Assembly: GCA_050117845.1 (NCBI GenBank)
Contig: JASFLY010000002.1
Coordinates: 96,001-160,000 of the forward strand
From: Candidatus Zixiibacteriota bacterium
GTDB lineage: Bacteria; RBG-13-66-14; B26-G2; WVWN01
Direction of reading: 5' to 3'
Length of the DNA: 64,000 bases
A program made the translations under genes and the position numbers. The notes beneath the pieces are model-generated. The model made no database searches, was not told the origin of the DNA, and worked only from the letters and a program-made list of their open reading frames with translations. Positions 1-9,667 of this stretch are shown one piece after another. Every line of letters begins with the position of its first letter. The first letter of the stretch is position 1.

Positions 1-110
1 CCATCGCCGAATCCCTCCCCGAAGAGTCGAAATGGGTCGAGCGGGCCCGGGAATACCTCGATACGCTTAAAGAGATAGAGGGCGGGACCCCCGGGGACAG
101 TAATGACTGA
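1..110 (+). CDS. 3' end of an upstream gene (partial), probably a TPR-type protein
   Basis: Frame 3 reads IAESLPEESKWVERAREYLDTLKEIEGGTPGDSND* with TGA at 108-110, overlapping the next ATG at 103. It resembles the C-terminal helix of the next TPR gene. Confidence 0.5.
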   Translation, partial: IAESLPEESKWVERAREYLDTLKEIEGGTPGDSND

Positions 111-786
111 TTCGGCGATACGCCGCGCTCCTCGTATCCCCGCCGGCCGCGCCGTCATCCTGGTGACGGCTTCGTTTATTTTCGCGGCCGGTGCGAGCGC
201 GGCTCCGCCCGTCGAGGCCGAAACGCCGGGGCTGGAGGAACTAATCCGAACGGGACGCTACGAGGAGGCCATTGCGGTCCTCCTGGAAATTTGCGCCCCC
301 GACGGCGACCTCGACTCCCGTTTCCGCCTGGCCTACTGCTACGAACGGTCCGGCCGCCTGGAAGAGGCCCGGGCCGAATACGAATACTGCGCCCGTCTCG
401 ACCCGGACCGCCCGGAGATATACTATAACCTCGGCGTGGTCCTGAGCGAACTCGGCCGGCACGACGACGCCGCCCGGGCGTTCGAAGAAGCGCTGTTGCT
501 CAACCCGGGCCACGTCGACGCGAACTTCAACTGCGGCCTCGCCCACTATTACGGCCGCGAGCCGGTTCAGGCCATCCGGTTTTTCCGGGAAGCCCGGGCC
601 CTCGCCCCCGACGACCTCGCAATCCTCTGCGGCCTCGCCCTCGCCTACGAGGAAATCGACCGGCGCGTCGCGCTTTCCATCTGGGAGGACTACGTCTCCC
701 AGGCGTTGGACGACGCCGGCGAACAACCCTATCTCAAAACCGCCCGCGACCATATCTCCACCTTGCGTGCCGGTAAGAAACCTTAA
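103..786 (+). CDS. Exported tetratricopeptide-repeat protein
   Basis: Signal-like hydrophobic N-terminus (AGASA). TPR consensus repeats: YYNLGVVLSELGRHDDAARAFEEALLLNP and NFNCGLAHYY. Confidence 0.85.
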   Translation: MTDSAIRRAPRIPAGRAVILVTASFIFAAGASAAPPVEAETPGLEELIRTGRYEEAIAVLLEICAPDGDLDSRFRLAYCYERSGRLEEARAEYEYCARLDPDRPEIYYNLGVVLSELGRHDDAARAFEEALLLNPGHVDANFNCGLAHYYGREPVQAIRFFREARALAPDDLAILCGLALAYEEIDRRVALSIWEDYVSQALDDAGEQPYLKTARDHISTLRAGKKP

Positions 787-1657
787 ACCCCGGGGACTCG
801 TTGCGGTCCCGCTAGCGCTCGCCGCGGCCCTGGCCGCGGCGGATACGCCTCCCCCGGCCGGCGAACTCGTGGCCGCGGGGGACGAACTCCGCCGGAACGG
901 GGCGCACGAAGCCGCGCTCACGTATTACGAACGGGCCATCCTCGACGACCCCACCTCCGACCGCGCCTGGGTCGGAGCGGCCGCATCGCTCGAGGCGCTG
1001 GACGAAGAGCGCGCCGTGGACGTTCTGGCGGAAGCCGCGACCGACCCCAAAACCTCCTTGCCCCCGGGGGCGGTGGCGGTACTGGCGGGGGCGTGGGCCA
1101 GGCGGGGCCTGACCGATCGGGCGAAACAGATTCTCGGCCCCGAGCCGGCCGAACCGTTGGGCCGGCGTTCGCTCCTCCTCGGCCGGATGTACTTCGCCCG
1201 GGGCGACCTTCCCGCGGCCATTCGCGAATTCAAGAACGCCCGCGCCGCGGGGGAGGTCTGCGCGCCGTACTACGTCGGCGAGGCCATGCTGGCGGCCGGC
1301 CACTACGAGGAGGCCGGCGTTTATCTGGACGAGTTTTTGGAAACGTTCCCGTACGTGGCGACGGCCCGTTGCGCCCGGGCGGAGGTATGCTACCTCCGCG
1401 GCGAATACAACCGGGCTAATAGCGAGTTGGCCGAGGCGCTTACGTACGACCCCGAGTGCACGCGGGCGCTCTTCGACCTTGCGGCGCTCGCGGCCCGCAA
1501 CGGCGACTACGGCACCGCCATCCGCCTCTACGGCGAAGTCACGACGCTGGACCCCGGCGACGCCCGGGCCTTCTGGCGCATCGCCCGGGCGTATCGCCAC
1601 GTCGATCCGCTTATCGCGGCCCGCAAACTCGAGGAATATCATCGGCGTTTCCCCTGA
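767..1657 (+). CDS. Exported tetratricopeptide-repeat protein
   Basis: Signal peptide (ALAAALAAA). Multiple TPR units, e.g. AALTYYERAILDDP and ALFDLAALAARNGDYGTAIRLY. Confidence 0.85.
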   Translation: MPVRNLKPRGLVAVPLALAAALAAADTPPPAGELVAAGDELRRNGAHEAALTYYERAILDDPTSDRAWVGAAASLEALDEERAVDVLAEAATDPKTSLPPGAVAVLAGAWARRGLTDRAKQILGPEPAEPLGRRSLLLGRMYFARGDLPAAIREFKNARAAGEVCAPYYVGEAMLAAGHYEEAGVYLDEFLETFPYVATARCARAEVCYLRGEYNRANSELAEALTYDPECTRALFDLAALAARNGDYGTAIRLYGEVTTLDPGDARAFWRIARAYRHVDPLIAARKLEEYHRRFP

Positions 1658-1690
1658 ACCCGGCCTCCGGGCCCGGTTTATCAGGGAAGC

Positions 1691-1717
1691 GCCCCGGCCC
1701 GGCCGGGGCTTTCGTTA
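1691..1717 (+). terminator. Putative intrinsic terminator
   Basis: GCCCCGGCC/GGCCGGGGC inverted repeat followed by TTTCGTT, downstream of the TPR genes. Confidence 0.45.
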
Positions 1718-1737
1718 CGGCCGCCCCGTCGGCGCCG

Positions 1738-1766
1738 TTGACTTGGCCGGGGCCGTGTGATATTTT
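1738..1766 (+). promoter_or_regulatory. Putative sigma70 promoter for the mnmA operon
   Basis: TTGACT-17 bp-TATTTT with a TGn extension, about 20 nt before the mnmA ATG and its GGAGG SD. Confidence 0.55.
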
Positions 1767-1787
1767 GAAGGCCGGAGGCGCCGGACG

Positions 1788-2855
1788 ATGGTACTCAAAG
1801 TACTGGTAGCGATGTCGGGCGGCGTCGATAGCGCCGCGGCGGCCTTGCTCCTCCGCCGGGAGGGGCACGACGTCGCCGGCGCCACGATGCGCCTCTACGA
1901 CCCGCCGGCGGACTTCGCCCGGGCGGGCGGTTCGGCCGACACTATCGCCAGGGCCGAGGATCTGGCCGCCTCCATCGGCATCCCCCACTACGTCCTGGAT
2001 TTTCGGGAACAGTTCCGGGCCGAAATAGTGGACGACTTCGTGGCCGAATACGCCCGGGGCCGGACACCCAACCCTTGCGTCCGCTGCAACGGGGCCATTA
2101 AGTTCGGCCTTTTCCGAAGGCGCGCCCGCGAACTCGGTTTCGACGCCATGGCCACCGGCCACTACGCCCGCCGCGAATTCGACGAGGGACGAGGCCGCTA
2201 CGTCCTCAAAACCGCCTTGGACGCGGCCAAGGACCAGACTTATTTCTTGTGGATGACGCCGGCCGAACATCTGCCGGAGATATTGTTCCCGGTCGGCCTT
2301 CTTCGTAAAGACGACGTTCGGGCGCTCGTCGGCGAACTCAAAGCCGAAGCGGCCGACCGGCCGGAAAGCCAGGACATCTGCTTTATAAGCGAGGATTCGT
2401 ACGCCGAATTCGTCGGGGCCGCGGTCGGCCCCGGCGAGGCGGGACCCATCGTGGACGAGGAGGGCCGGGTCCTGGGGCGCCACGCCGGCCTGGAACGCTA
2501 CACCGTGGGCCAGCGCCGCGGCCTGGGCGTCGCCGGCGGCGTTCGGATGTACGTGAAGCGGATAGACGTGGAGGCGAACGCGATAGTGCTTGCCGAGGAC
2601 GAGGCCCTCTCGGCCTCGAGGTTCGCGGCGAGCGGCGCCAACTGGTTAATCGACCCGCCCGGCGGCGAGTTTCGGGCCGGGGTCAAAGTGCGCTATAGGA
2701 ACCCCGCGGCCCCGGCCTCGATCCGGCCGGAGGGCGAGGGTAGATTAATAATAAGTTTCGACGAACCCCGCCGGGCCATCGCGCCCGGCCAATCGGCCGT
2801 CTTCTACGACGGCGACGTCCTCCTCGGCGGAGGCGTTATCGACGAGGTAGTATAG
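1788..2855 (+). CDS. mnmA: tRNA 2-thiouridine(34) synthase MnmA
   Basis: PP-loop AMSGGVDS; TPNPCVRCN, ATGHYAR, KDQTYFL, ESQDICF, YTVGQRRGLG and APGQSAVFY motifs. Confidence 0.97.
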   Translation: MVLKVLVAMSGGVDSAAAALLLRREGHDVAGATMRLYDPPADFARAGGSADTIARAEDLAASIGIPHYVLDFREQFRAEIVDDFVAEYARGRTPNPCVRCNGAIKFGLFRRRARELGFDAMATGHYARREFDEGRGRYVLKTALDAAKDQTYFLWMTPAEHLPEILFPVGLLRKDDVRALVGELKAEAADRPESQDICFISEDSYAEFVGAAVGPGEAGPIVDEEGRVLGRHAGLERYTVGQRRGLGVAGGVRMYVKRIDVEANAIVLAEDEALSASRFAASGANWLIDPPGGEFRAGVKVRYRNPAAPASIRPEGEGRLIISFDEPRRAIAPGQSAVFYDGDVLLGGGVIDEVV

Positions 2856-3683
2856 GTGAGAAAGAGCCCGGCGGAACGCAAGTACGACAAACTCCTAACC
2901 CGGCTGGCCGGCCTGCCGTCGCTCCTCGTCGCCTTTTCGGGCGGGGCGGATTCCACGTTCCTTCTCGCGGCGGCGAAGAAGGCGGTGTCGGGCCGCCTCC
3001 TGGCCGTGACCGTCCGGTCCCCCGCCTTCCCCACCCGCGACGCCGAACACGCCGACGCCACCGCCCGCCTCCTTGAGGTCGAACATAAGTTCATGAACTC
3101 CCGCATGGTGGAGAACGAATCTTTTCGTGCGAACCCGACCGACCGATGTTATTATTGCAAATACACCATCGGCACGGAGCTGTTGCGGCTGGCGAGAAAA
3201 GAGGGCCTGGCCGCCGTGGCGGAAGGTACGACGGCCGACGAACTCCTGGGCCACCGGCCCGGGGCGATGGCGGTGCAGGAGTTGGAGTTGCTATCGCCGC
3301 TGGCCGAGATGGGCCTGACCAAGGAAGAGGTCCGGGAACTCGCCCGGCGCGAGGACGTCCCCAACTTCGACCGGCCTCCGGGGACCTGCCTCGCAACCCG
3401 TTTCCCGTACGGCTCGGAGATTACGGAGGGGAAGCTACGCGACGTCGAGGCGGTCGAACAGACCATCTATGACCTGGGTTTCAGGGACGTGCGATGTCGG
3501 CACCACGGCGAATTCGCCCGCATCGAACTCGACCCCAAGGAGATTCCCCGGTCGACGATTGCGTCCATCCGAAAACGCATCGCCTCTAAGATACACGAAC
3601 TCGGTTTCAAATTCGCGACCCTCGACCTCGACGGCTACCGCACCGGTAGTATGGGCGATGATACCGAGAAGAAAGGCCGATAG
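2856..3683 (+). CDS. larE: LarE-family ATP-dependent sulfur transferase (nickel-pincer cofactor biosynthesis)
   Basis: PP-loop AFSGGADS; NPTDRCYYCK, RPG, SPLAEMGLTKEEVR, CLATRFPYG and LDLDGYRTGSM motifs. Confidence 0.9.
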   Translation: MRKSPAERKYDKLLTRLAGLPSLLVAFSGGADSTFLLAAAKKAVSGRLLAVTVRSPAFPTRDAEHADATARLLEVEHKFMNSRMVENESFRANPTDRCYYCKYTIGTELLRLARKEGLAAVAEGTTADELLGHRPGAMAVQELELLSPLAEMGLTKEEVRELARREDVPNFDRPPGTCLATRFPYGSEITEGKLRDVEAVEQTIYDLGFRDVRCRHHGEFARIELDPKEIPRSTIASIRKRIASKIHELGFKFATLDLDGYRTGSMGDDTEKKGR

Positions 3684-3734
3684 GATTATTGGGGTGAACG
3701 GCACGATCGCGGCATAAACAATGCGAGGTGGGAA

Positions 3735-5381
3735 ATGGCGACGAAAAAACGTAAAACGAAAAGCCCGGCCAAACCGAAATCGCACACCGGTGATTCGAAG
3801 ATCTCGGCCGTAACGGTATACGGCGACCGGGCCATGGTTACCCGTATCATCCATCTCGCCCTCGACGTCGGCGAAGGCAACATCGTCGCGAAGGGCCTCC
3901 CCGCCGGCCTCGACGAATATTCCCTCCGCGTCGCGGGCCTGGGCCCCGCCAAGGTGCGCGTGCTGGGCATCAAAATAAACCGCGGCTTTACCGGCAAGCC
4001 GGCCGCCTCCGAGATAGAGAAACTCCGGGCCGCGCTCGAAAAAGCCGAGGACGAGCGCCGCGTCCTGGAGGACAAACGGACCGTCGTCGCCGAACGCGTG
4101 CGGGGCATGAAGGCGCTGAGCGAAGCGGCGGTCGTTGACCTCGCCCGCACCATTGCCCGCCGGAAAATGGACCTGCCGGAGGCCGAGGGCGTGGTCTCGT
4201 TCTTCTACGACGACCTCAATAAATCCAACACCCAACTCGTCAAACTGGACAAGGCCCTGCGGGACAAGGGCCGCGAAATCGACAAGTTGCGCTTCGATTA
4301 CGAGAAGCACCAGAGCCCCCGGCCGCGGGAAGAGAAGAACGTCGAGATAACGTACGAGTGCTCCATGGGCGGCGAGTTCGACCTCGCCCTCACGTACGTG
4401 ATGCCCGGCGCCGGTTGGGAGCCGACCTACGACCTCTACTACGACGAAAAGGCCGCGACCACGGAGATATTCTACCGGGCCGCCGTCTACCAGAGTACCG
4501 GCGAGGATTGGAACGGCGTCACACTCAAACTCTCCACCGCCCGGCCGCAGGCGGGCGCCGCGCCCCCGGCCCTCGCGCCGCGCTACGTCGACTTCTACGA
4601 GGCCTATCGGGCCGCCCCCGCCCCGACGACCGGAATGGGAGCCCCCCGAGCCGCCAAAGCTATGGCGGTGGCCGACGAAGGCGAGGCCGAATTCGACATG
4701 GCCTTCGAGGAGGTAAGCGAGGACATGCTGCCGCCAGAAATCGCGGAGGCCACGGTCGAGGGCGCGGGCCCGGCGGTCACGTACGTCGTCGCCGGCCTCC
4801 CCACCGTCCCGGCCGACGGCGAGCCCCACCTCGTCGGCGTCAGCAGCCACAAGTTCGGCGGCGAACTCTCCCATGTCGTCGTACCCGAGCACGCCGCGGC
4901 CGCGTTCCTGCAGGCGAAGTCGACCAACGAGACCGACCTGACCTTCCTGCCCGGCGTTTCCAACATCTTCCGCGGCGACGAATACGTGGGCCGCGCCGCG
5001 CTGGAACTCACGGTGCCCGGCGCCGAATTCGTGTACCACCTCGGCGCCGACGACCGCATCAAGGTCGATTACGACTGCCAGCAAATCGCCGACGATGCCG
5101 TGGGCATCACCGGCGCCAACCGCAAGATAACGGTGCGGGCCGCGACCGAGGTCGAGAACCAGAGTTCGGCCGACGCGGGCGTCGTCGTCAAGCAGCGTCA
5201 GGCCGTGGCCCTCAATAAAGATATTAAAATAAAGCAGACGGAGGCCAAGCCCAAACCCACCGAAAAGGACGACGACGGCCTCCTGGAGTGGCACTTCTCC
5301 CTGAAGCCGGGCGAGAAGAAAAAAATAACTTTCCACTACGACGTCGAATTCCCCAAGGACCGGGCCATCGAAGGAATCTAA
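3735..5381 (+). CDS. DUF4140/DUF4139 protein (mucoidy inhibitor MuiA-like)
   Basis: N-terminal ISAVTVYGDRAMVTR, a coiled coil, LTYVMPGAGWEPTYDL and QSTGEDWNGVTLKLSTARP. Confidence 0.85.
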   Translation: MATKKRKTKSPAKPKSHTGDSKISAVTVYGDRAMVTRIIHLALDVGEGNIVAKGLPAGLDEYSLRVAGLGPAKVRVLGIKINRGFTGKPAASEIEKLRAALEKAEDERRVLEDKRTVVAERVRGMKALSEAAVVDLARTIARRKMDLPEAEGVVSFFYDDLNKSNTQLVKLDKALRDKGREIDKLRFDYEKHQSPRPREEKNVEITYECSMGGEFDLALTYVMPGAGWEPTYDLYYDEKAATTEIFYRAAVYQSTGEDWNGVTLKLSTARPQAGAAPPALAPRYVDFYEAYRAAPAPTTGMGAPRAAKAMAVADEGEAEFDMAFEEVSEDMLPPEIAEATVEGAGPAVTYVVAGLPTVPADGEPHLVGVSSHKFGGELSHVVVPEHAAAAFLQAKSTNETDLTFLPGVSNIFRGDEYVGRAALELTVPGAEFVYHLGADDRIKVDYDCQQIADDAVGITGANRKITVRAATEVENQSSADAGVVVKQRQAVALNKDIKIKQTEAKPKPTEKDDDGLLEWHFSLKPGEKKKITFHYDVEFPKDRAIEGI

Positions 5382-6917
5382 GTGAAACCACAACTCGTAG
5401 TCCTCGACTTCGGCAGCCAATACACCCAACTCATCGCCCGGAAGGTCCGCGAACAGCGCGTCTACGCGACGATAGAACCGTTCGACGTGGCGCCCGCCGC
5501 CCTCGCCGACATGGCGCCCGGGGCCCTCATCCTATCCGGCGGCCCCGCGTCCATCTACGCCGACGGCGCCCCCCACGCCGACCCCGCGATATTCGACCTC
5601 GGCGTCCCGGTCCTGGGCATCTGCTACGGCCTGCAATACGTGACCGTGACGCTGGGGGGCAAGGTCGCCCGGGCGGCCGCCCGCGAGTACGGCCCGGCCA
5701 CGCTCACCGTCAAGGAGGCCGAGCCGCTCTTCGCCGGCGTCCCGGAGAAGTCGCGGGTGTGGATGAGCCACGGCGACCGGGTGGAGGAACTCGCGGCCGG
5801 CTTCGTCCCGCTGGCCACCTCCGAGAACTCGCCGTACGCCGCCATCGGCGACGAAGGCCGGCGCATCTACGGCCTCCAGTTCCACCCGGAGGTCAGCCAC
5901 ACCGAATACGGCGCCGAAGTACTGTCGAACTTCCTCTTCCGCGTCGCGGGCCTCGAGCCCTCCTGGACCGCGGCGTCGTTCGTGGCCGAGAAGGCCGCGG
6001 AGATAGCCGATCGCGTCGGCGGCGAGCACGTCGTCCTCGGCATGTCGGGCGGCGTGGACTCCTGCGTGTTGGCGGCGCTCTTGCACCGGGCCATCGGCGA
6101 CCGGGTTCACCCCATCCTGGTGGACAACGGCCTGATGCGCGAGGGGGAGATCGAGGAAGTGGAGCGCGTCTTCGCGGACGACCTCGGCATACCGCTGACG
6201 GTGGCGCGGGCGGGCGAGCAATTCCTGGAGAAACTCGCCGGCGAGCCGGACCCGGAGAAGAAGCGCCGCATCATAGGCCACACCTTCATCGACGTCTTTC
6301 GGGACGAGGCGGCGAAACTCGGGTCGATTAAATTCCTGGCCCAGGGGACGCTCTACCCGGACCGCATCGAGTCCCGGGCCATCAAAGGCCCCTCGGACAC
6401 CATCAAGACGCACCACAACGTCGGCGGCCTGCCGGACGACCTGCCCTTCGAGCTAATCGAGCCGCTGGGCGAACTCTTCAAGGACGAGGTGCGCGAGGTG
6501 GGCCGGGAACTCGGCCTGCCCGAGAGGATAGTAGGGCGGCATCCGTTCCCGGGGCCGGGCCTGGCGGTCCGCTGCCTGGGCGAGGTGACGCCCGAGCGGC
6601 TGGCGATGCTGCGCCGCGCGGACGCCATCATGCGCGAGGAGATTGAGGCCGGCGGCGTCTACGACGACATCGCGCAGGCGCTCACGGTCCTCCTGCCCGT
6701 GAAGTCGGTGGGCGTCATGGGCGACGAGCGGACCTACGAGAACGCGTGCGCGGTGCGCTGCGTCACGACCCGCGACTTCATGACGGCAGACTGGTACCGG
6801 ATGGACCACGAGTTGATGGCGCGCATCGCCGCCCGCATCGCCAACGAGGTCGCCGGCATCAACCGCGTCGTCTACGACATAACGTCAAAGCCGCCCGCCA
6901 CGGTGGAGTGGGAGTAG
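5382..6917 (+). CDS. guaA: GMP synthase (glutamine-hydrolysing)
   Basis: LDFGSQYTQLIAR, GICYG, QFHPEV, SGGVDS, IKTHHNVGG, HPFPGPGLAVR and C-terminal SKPPATVEWE. Confidence 0.98.
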   Translation: MKPQLVVLDFGSQYTQLIARKVREQRVYATIEPFDVAPAALADMAPGALILSGGPASIYADGAPHADPAIFDLGVPVLGICYGLQYVTVTLGGKVARAAAREYGPATLTVKEAEPLFAGVPEKSRVWMSHGDRVEELAAGFVPLATSENSPYAAIGDEGRRIYGLQFHPEVSHTEYGAEVLSNFLFRVAGLEPSWTAASFVAEKAAEIADRVGGEHVVLGMSGGVDSCVLAALLHRAIGDRVHPILVDNGLMREGEIEEVERVFADDLGIPLTVARAGEQFLEKLAGEPDPEKKRRIIGHTFIDVFRDEAAKLGSIKFLAQGTLYPDRIESRAIKGPSDTIKTHHNVGGLPDDLPFELIEPLGELFKDEVREVGRELGLPERIVGRHPFPGPGLAVRCLGEVTPERLAMLRRADAIMREEIEAGGVYDDIAQALTVLLPVKSVGVMGDERTYENACAVRCVTTRDFMTADWYRMDHELMARIAARIANEVAGINRVVYDITSKPPATVEWE

Positions 6918-6918
6918 C

Positions 6919-7152
6919 ATGGCGGAGACGACCCGCGCCGAGCAGTTTCGCATCGAGGCGCTGCGGCGGATGTCGCCCGGGCGGAAACTGAGGGTGATAT
7001 TCGATATGTGGGAGTACGGCTTCGCGCTACGCGTCGCCGGCGTCAAGCTCCGCTTCCCGGAATTTAACGATGACGAGGCCCGGCTTCGGGCCGTCGCCGA
7101 GATGGTGGAATGTCACAAGAAGAACTCCTCGCGAAAGTCGCCGCTGTCCTGA
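6919..7152 (+). CDS. Small helical protein, putative antitoxin (MenA1/Rv0078B-like)
   Basis: 77 aa, starts 1 nt after the guaA stop and overlaps the nucleotidyltransferase gene. The pattern RMSPGRKLRVIFDMWEYG...RFPE resembles MenA1 as I recall it. Confidence 0.55.
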   Translation: MAETTRAEQFRIEALRRMSPGRKLRVIFDMWEYGFALRVAGVKLRFPEFNDDEARLRAVAEMVECHKKNSSRKSPLS

Positions 7153-7673
7153 ACGACGCCGGCGTTAACTACGTCGTGACGGGGTCGGTAGTGACGAGCC
7201 TCTACGGCGAGCCGCGCTACACCCAAGACGCGGACGTACTCGTCGTCGTATCGCCGGGTTTGGGCGACAACCTGAGCGCGGCCTTCCCCCCGCCGCGCTA
7301 TTACGCGCCGGCGGACGACATAGACGAATCATTGAAGCGTAGGATTATAGCCAATATAATAGACAGCGAGACCGGCGCCAAGGTCGATCTGCACGCCAAG
7401 ACGGGTGACGCTTTCGCCGATTCATTCTTCGCCCGGCGCCGCCTCGTCGAGGTTGCCGGCGTCGAGCTGTGGTTCCCCTCGCCCGAGGACGCCATATTGT
7501 CGAAATTGGTATGGGCCCGGGCGACCGGCAACGGCGAGCGCCACCTCCGTGACGCCCGGGGCGTATTCCTGACGCAGCGGCCGGCGCTGGACGAGGGGTA
7601 CCTGCGGAATTGGGCCGAACGCCTATCCGTCACCGACCTCCTGGAGCGCGTGGAGGCCGGAGGCTTCGAGTAG
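7110..7673 (+). CDS. Pol-beta-superfamily nucleotidyltransferase, putative toxin (MenT1/AbiEii-like)
   Basis: YVVTGS...YGEPRYTQDAD motif (G-S/G plus DxD), VDL, SPEDAILSKL and HLRDA. Confidence 0.7.
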   Translation: MSQEELLAKVAAVLNDAGVNYVVTGSVVTSLYGEPRYTQDADVLVVVSPGLGDNLSAAFPPPRYYAPADDIDESLKRRIIANIIDSETGAKVDLHAKTGDAFADSFFARRRLVEVAGVELWFPSPEDAILSKLVWARATGNGERHLRDARGVFLTQRPALDEGYLRNWAERLSVTDLLERVEAGGFE

Positions 7674-7687
7674 AGAACAGTAAGGGA

Positions 7688-8482
7688 ATGAGTAGCAAGA
7701 AAACCAAACTGAACGACGTCGCGAACGAGCGGCCCGAGGCCCAGATTCCCATCGACCGGGTGGGCGTCAAGGGCGTCCGCTTGCCGGTCCACGTGCTGGA
7801 CCGCGAGAACGAGTACCAGGACACCATCGCCACGGTTGACATGTTCGTCGACCTCCCGGCCCACTTCCGCGGCACCCACATGAGCCGCTTCGTCGAAATC
7901 CTCTACCGCTATCGCGACAACATAAACTACCGGACGATGGCCTATATCCTCAAGATGATGATCGAGCGCTTCGACGCCGCCCGCGCCCACATCGACATCG
8001 GCTTCCCCTACTTCGTCGAGAAGGCCGCGCCCGCGTCCGGCGAGAAGTCCTTTCTGGAGGTCCGGGCCCGCTTCATCGGCGAGTTCGTCCGGGAGTACAA
8101 ATTCTCGCTCGGCGTCACGGTGCCCGTGGCCAACCTCTGCCCCTGCTCCAAGGACATCTCCGACGCCGGAGCGCACAACCAGCGCGGCGACGTTTACGTC
8201 GAGATAGAGTCCCGCCACATGATATGGATAGAGGAGATAGTGGCCTGGGCCGAGGAGGCCGCGTCCGCGCCGCTCTTCGCGCTCCTCAAACGGGAGGACG
8301 AGAAGGCCGTGACGGAACTCGCCTACGGCAGGCCGCGCTTCGTCGAGGACGTCGTTCGCAACCTCGCCGACCGCCTCGAACGCGACGGCCGCGTCCGGTC
8401 GTACCGCACCGAGTGTACCAACTTCGAATCGATTCACCAGCACGACGCTTACGCGACCATCGCCCGCGACAAACGAGAATAA
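7688..8482 (+). CDS. folE2: GTP cyclohydrolase IB (FolE2)
   Basis: IDRVGV, GTHMSRF, LCPCSK, AHNQR, PRFVEDVVR and ESIHQHDA motifs. Start moved to ATG 7688, which follows AAGGGA. Confidence 0.95.
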   Translation: MSSKKTKLNDVANERPEAQIPIDRVGVKGVRLPVHVLDRENEYQDTIATVDMFVDLPAHFRGTHMSRFVEILYRYRDNINYRTMAYILKMMIERFDAARAHIDIGFPYFVEKAAPASGEKSFLEVRARFIGEFVREYKFSLGVTVPVANLCPCSKDISDAGAHNQRGDVYVEIESRHMIWIEEIVAWAEEAASAPLFALLKREDEKAVTELAYGRPRFVEDVVRNLADRLERDGRVRSYRTECTNFESIHQHDAYATIARDKRE

Positions 8483-8524
8483 GGGGCCCGCTCGGAAAAC
8501 GCGCCCCTACGGAGGAATTAAAAT

Positions 8525-8929
8525 ATGCGGAAATACTTGCTACCGGCCGCCCTCGTCTTAGTACTCACGCTCGCGGCCTGCACCAAAGAAGAAGCCGACA
8601 ACCCGTACGCCACGCCCGAAGACACCGTTCGTACCTTCGCCACGTCGATGAAGGACGGCAACTTCGACGCGGCGCTGGACTGTTACGCCGACACCGCCCT
8701 CTCCAGCGCGACCGCCGGCGTCGAGGGCCTCACCGAGGCCGAGATTCGCAACCTCTTCCTCAAGAGCCTGGAGGCCAACCAGGAACCGTACGCCAGCGAC
8801 GAAGTCACCAACCTGGATAGCCGGCTTTTGACCGCCGAGGTTACGTACGATCTGGGCGGCGTCAAACACACCCACACGCTCGTGAATCAGGACGGCGAGT
8901 GGAAAATCGCGACGGACCTCGCCAAGTAA
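8525..8929 (+). CDS. Lipoprotein, DUF4878/NTF2-like
   Basis: Lipobox LAAC; TPEDTVRTF...GNFDAA; C-terminal LVNQDGEWKI; GGAGG SD. Confidence 0.7.
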   Translation: MRKYLLPAALVLVLTLAACTKEEADNPYATPEDTVRTFATSMKDGNFDAALDCYADTALSSATAGVEGLTEAEIRNLFLKSLEANQEPYASDEVTNLDSRLLTAEVTYDLGGVKHTHTLVNQDGEWKIATDLAK

Positions 8930-8932
8930 ATC

Positions 8933-9667
8933 TTGCGCCTCCTGTTGACCATCGCGCTCGCGGCGGCCGTCGTCGCGCCCGCCTCGGCCTATGCCGCCGA
9001 CGTTCCGGCCGGGGATAAGGCCCCGGCCGATAAACCCCTCGGCGACTGGCTCACCGGATACGCCGACCCAACGGACGGCAAGCTGGTCCTCCCGGACACG
9101 CGCACCGGCCGCATGCTCGCCACCCGGCCCGCCTACCGCGGGATAAGCTTCATCTTCCCCGTGGCAAACGGCCGCTTCCACGCCATCGAGTACACCGAAC
9201 TCACCGGCCTCACCGACTTCCGCAACCGTTGGCGCCGCAACCACATGGGCACGGATATCTTCGGCCCCGTGGGCAGGCCGATATTCGCCGCGGCGCCCGG
9301 CGTCGTGACCGTCGCGACGTTCACGCCCAAGAAGGGCCCCGGCGCCAAGGTCGCTATTTACCACGGCCGCGGCGTCTACACCTATTACCTCCACATGTCG
9401 GCGGTGTATTGCGAGGAGGGCCAGGAGGTTGAGGCGGGCGATGTAATCGCCGCCGTGGGAGCCAGCGGCAACGCCCGGGGTACGCCGCCCCACCTCCACT
9501 TCGAGATAGACGTCGCCGTCGAGACCCAGGACAAACCGGCCTGGTTCGTGAACTACGTCAACGACCCGCGGCCCGGCGTCTCGGCGCTCAGGAGCGTCGA
9601 GCCCCTGGCTTACGTCTGCAAGCACGCCCCGCGCCTCCGCGACCGGCGGCCCCTCGCCCGACCATGA
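8933..9667 (+). CDS. Exported M23-family metallopeptidase
   Basis: Signal peptide; HMGTD (HxxxD), YLHMS and PPHLHFEI (HxH) motifs. Confidence 0.9.
   Translation: MRLLLTIALAAAVVAPASAYAADVPAGDKAPADKPLGDWLTGYADPTDGKLVLPDTRTGRMLATRPAYRGISFIFPVANGRFHAIEYTELTGLTDFRNRWRRNHMGTDIFGPVGRPIFAAAPGVVTVATFTPKKGPGAKVAIYHGRGVYTYYLHMSAVYCEEGQEVEAGDVIAAVGASGNARGTPPHLHFEIDVAVETQDKPAWFVNYVNDPRPGVSALRSVEPLAYVCKHAPRLRDRRPLARP

Noticed and set aside
3435..5429. Long antisense ORFs (also 16646-18238, 33245-34933, 60074-61663 and others)
   Set aside because: They mirror well-supported genes on the opposite strand, as expected from high-GC codon bias, and carry no motifs.
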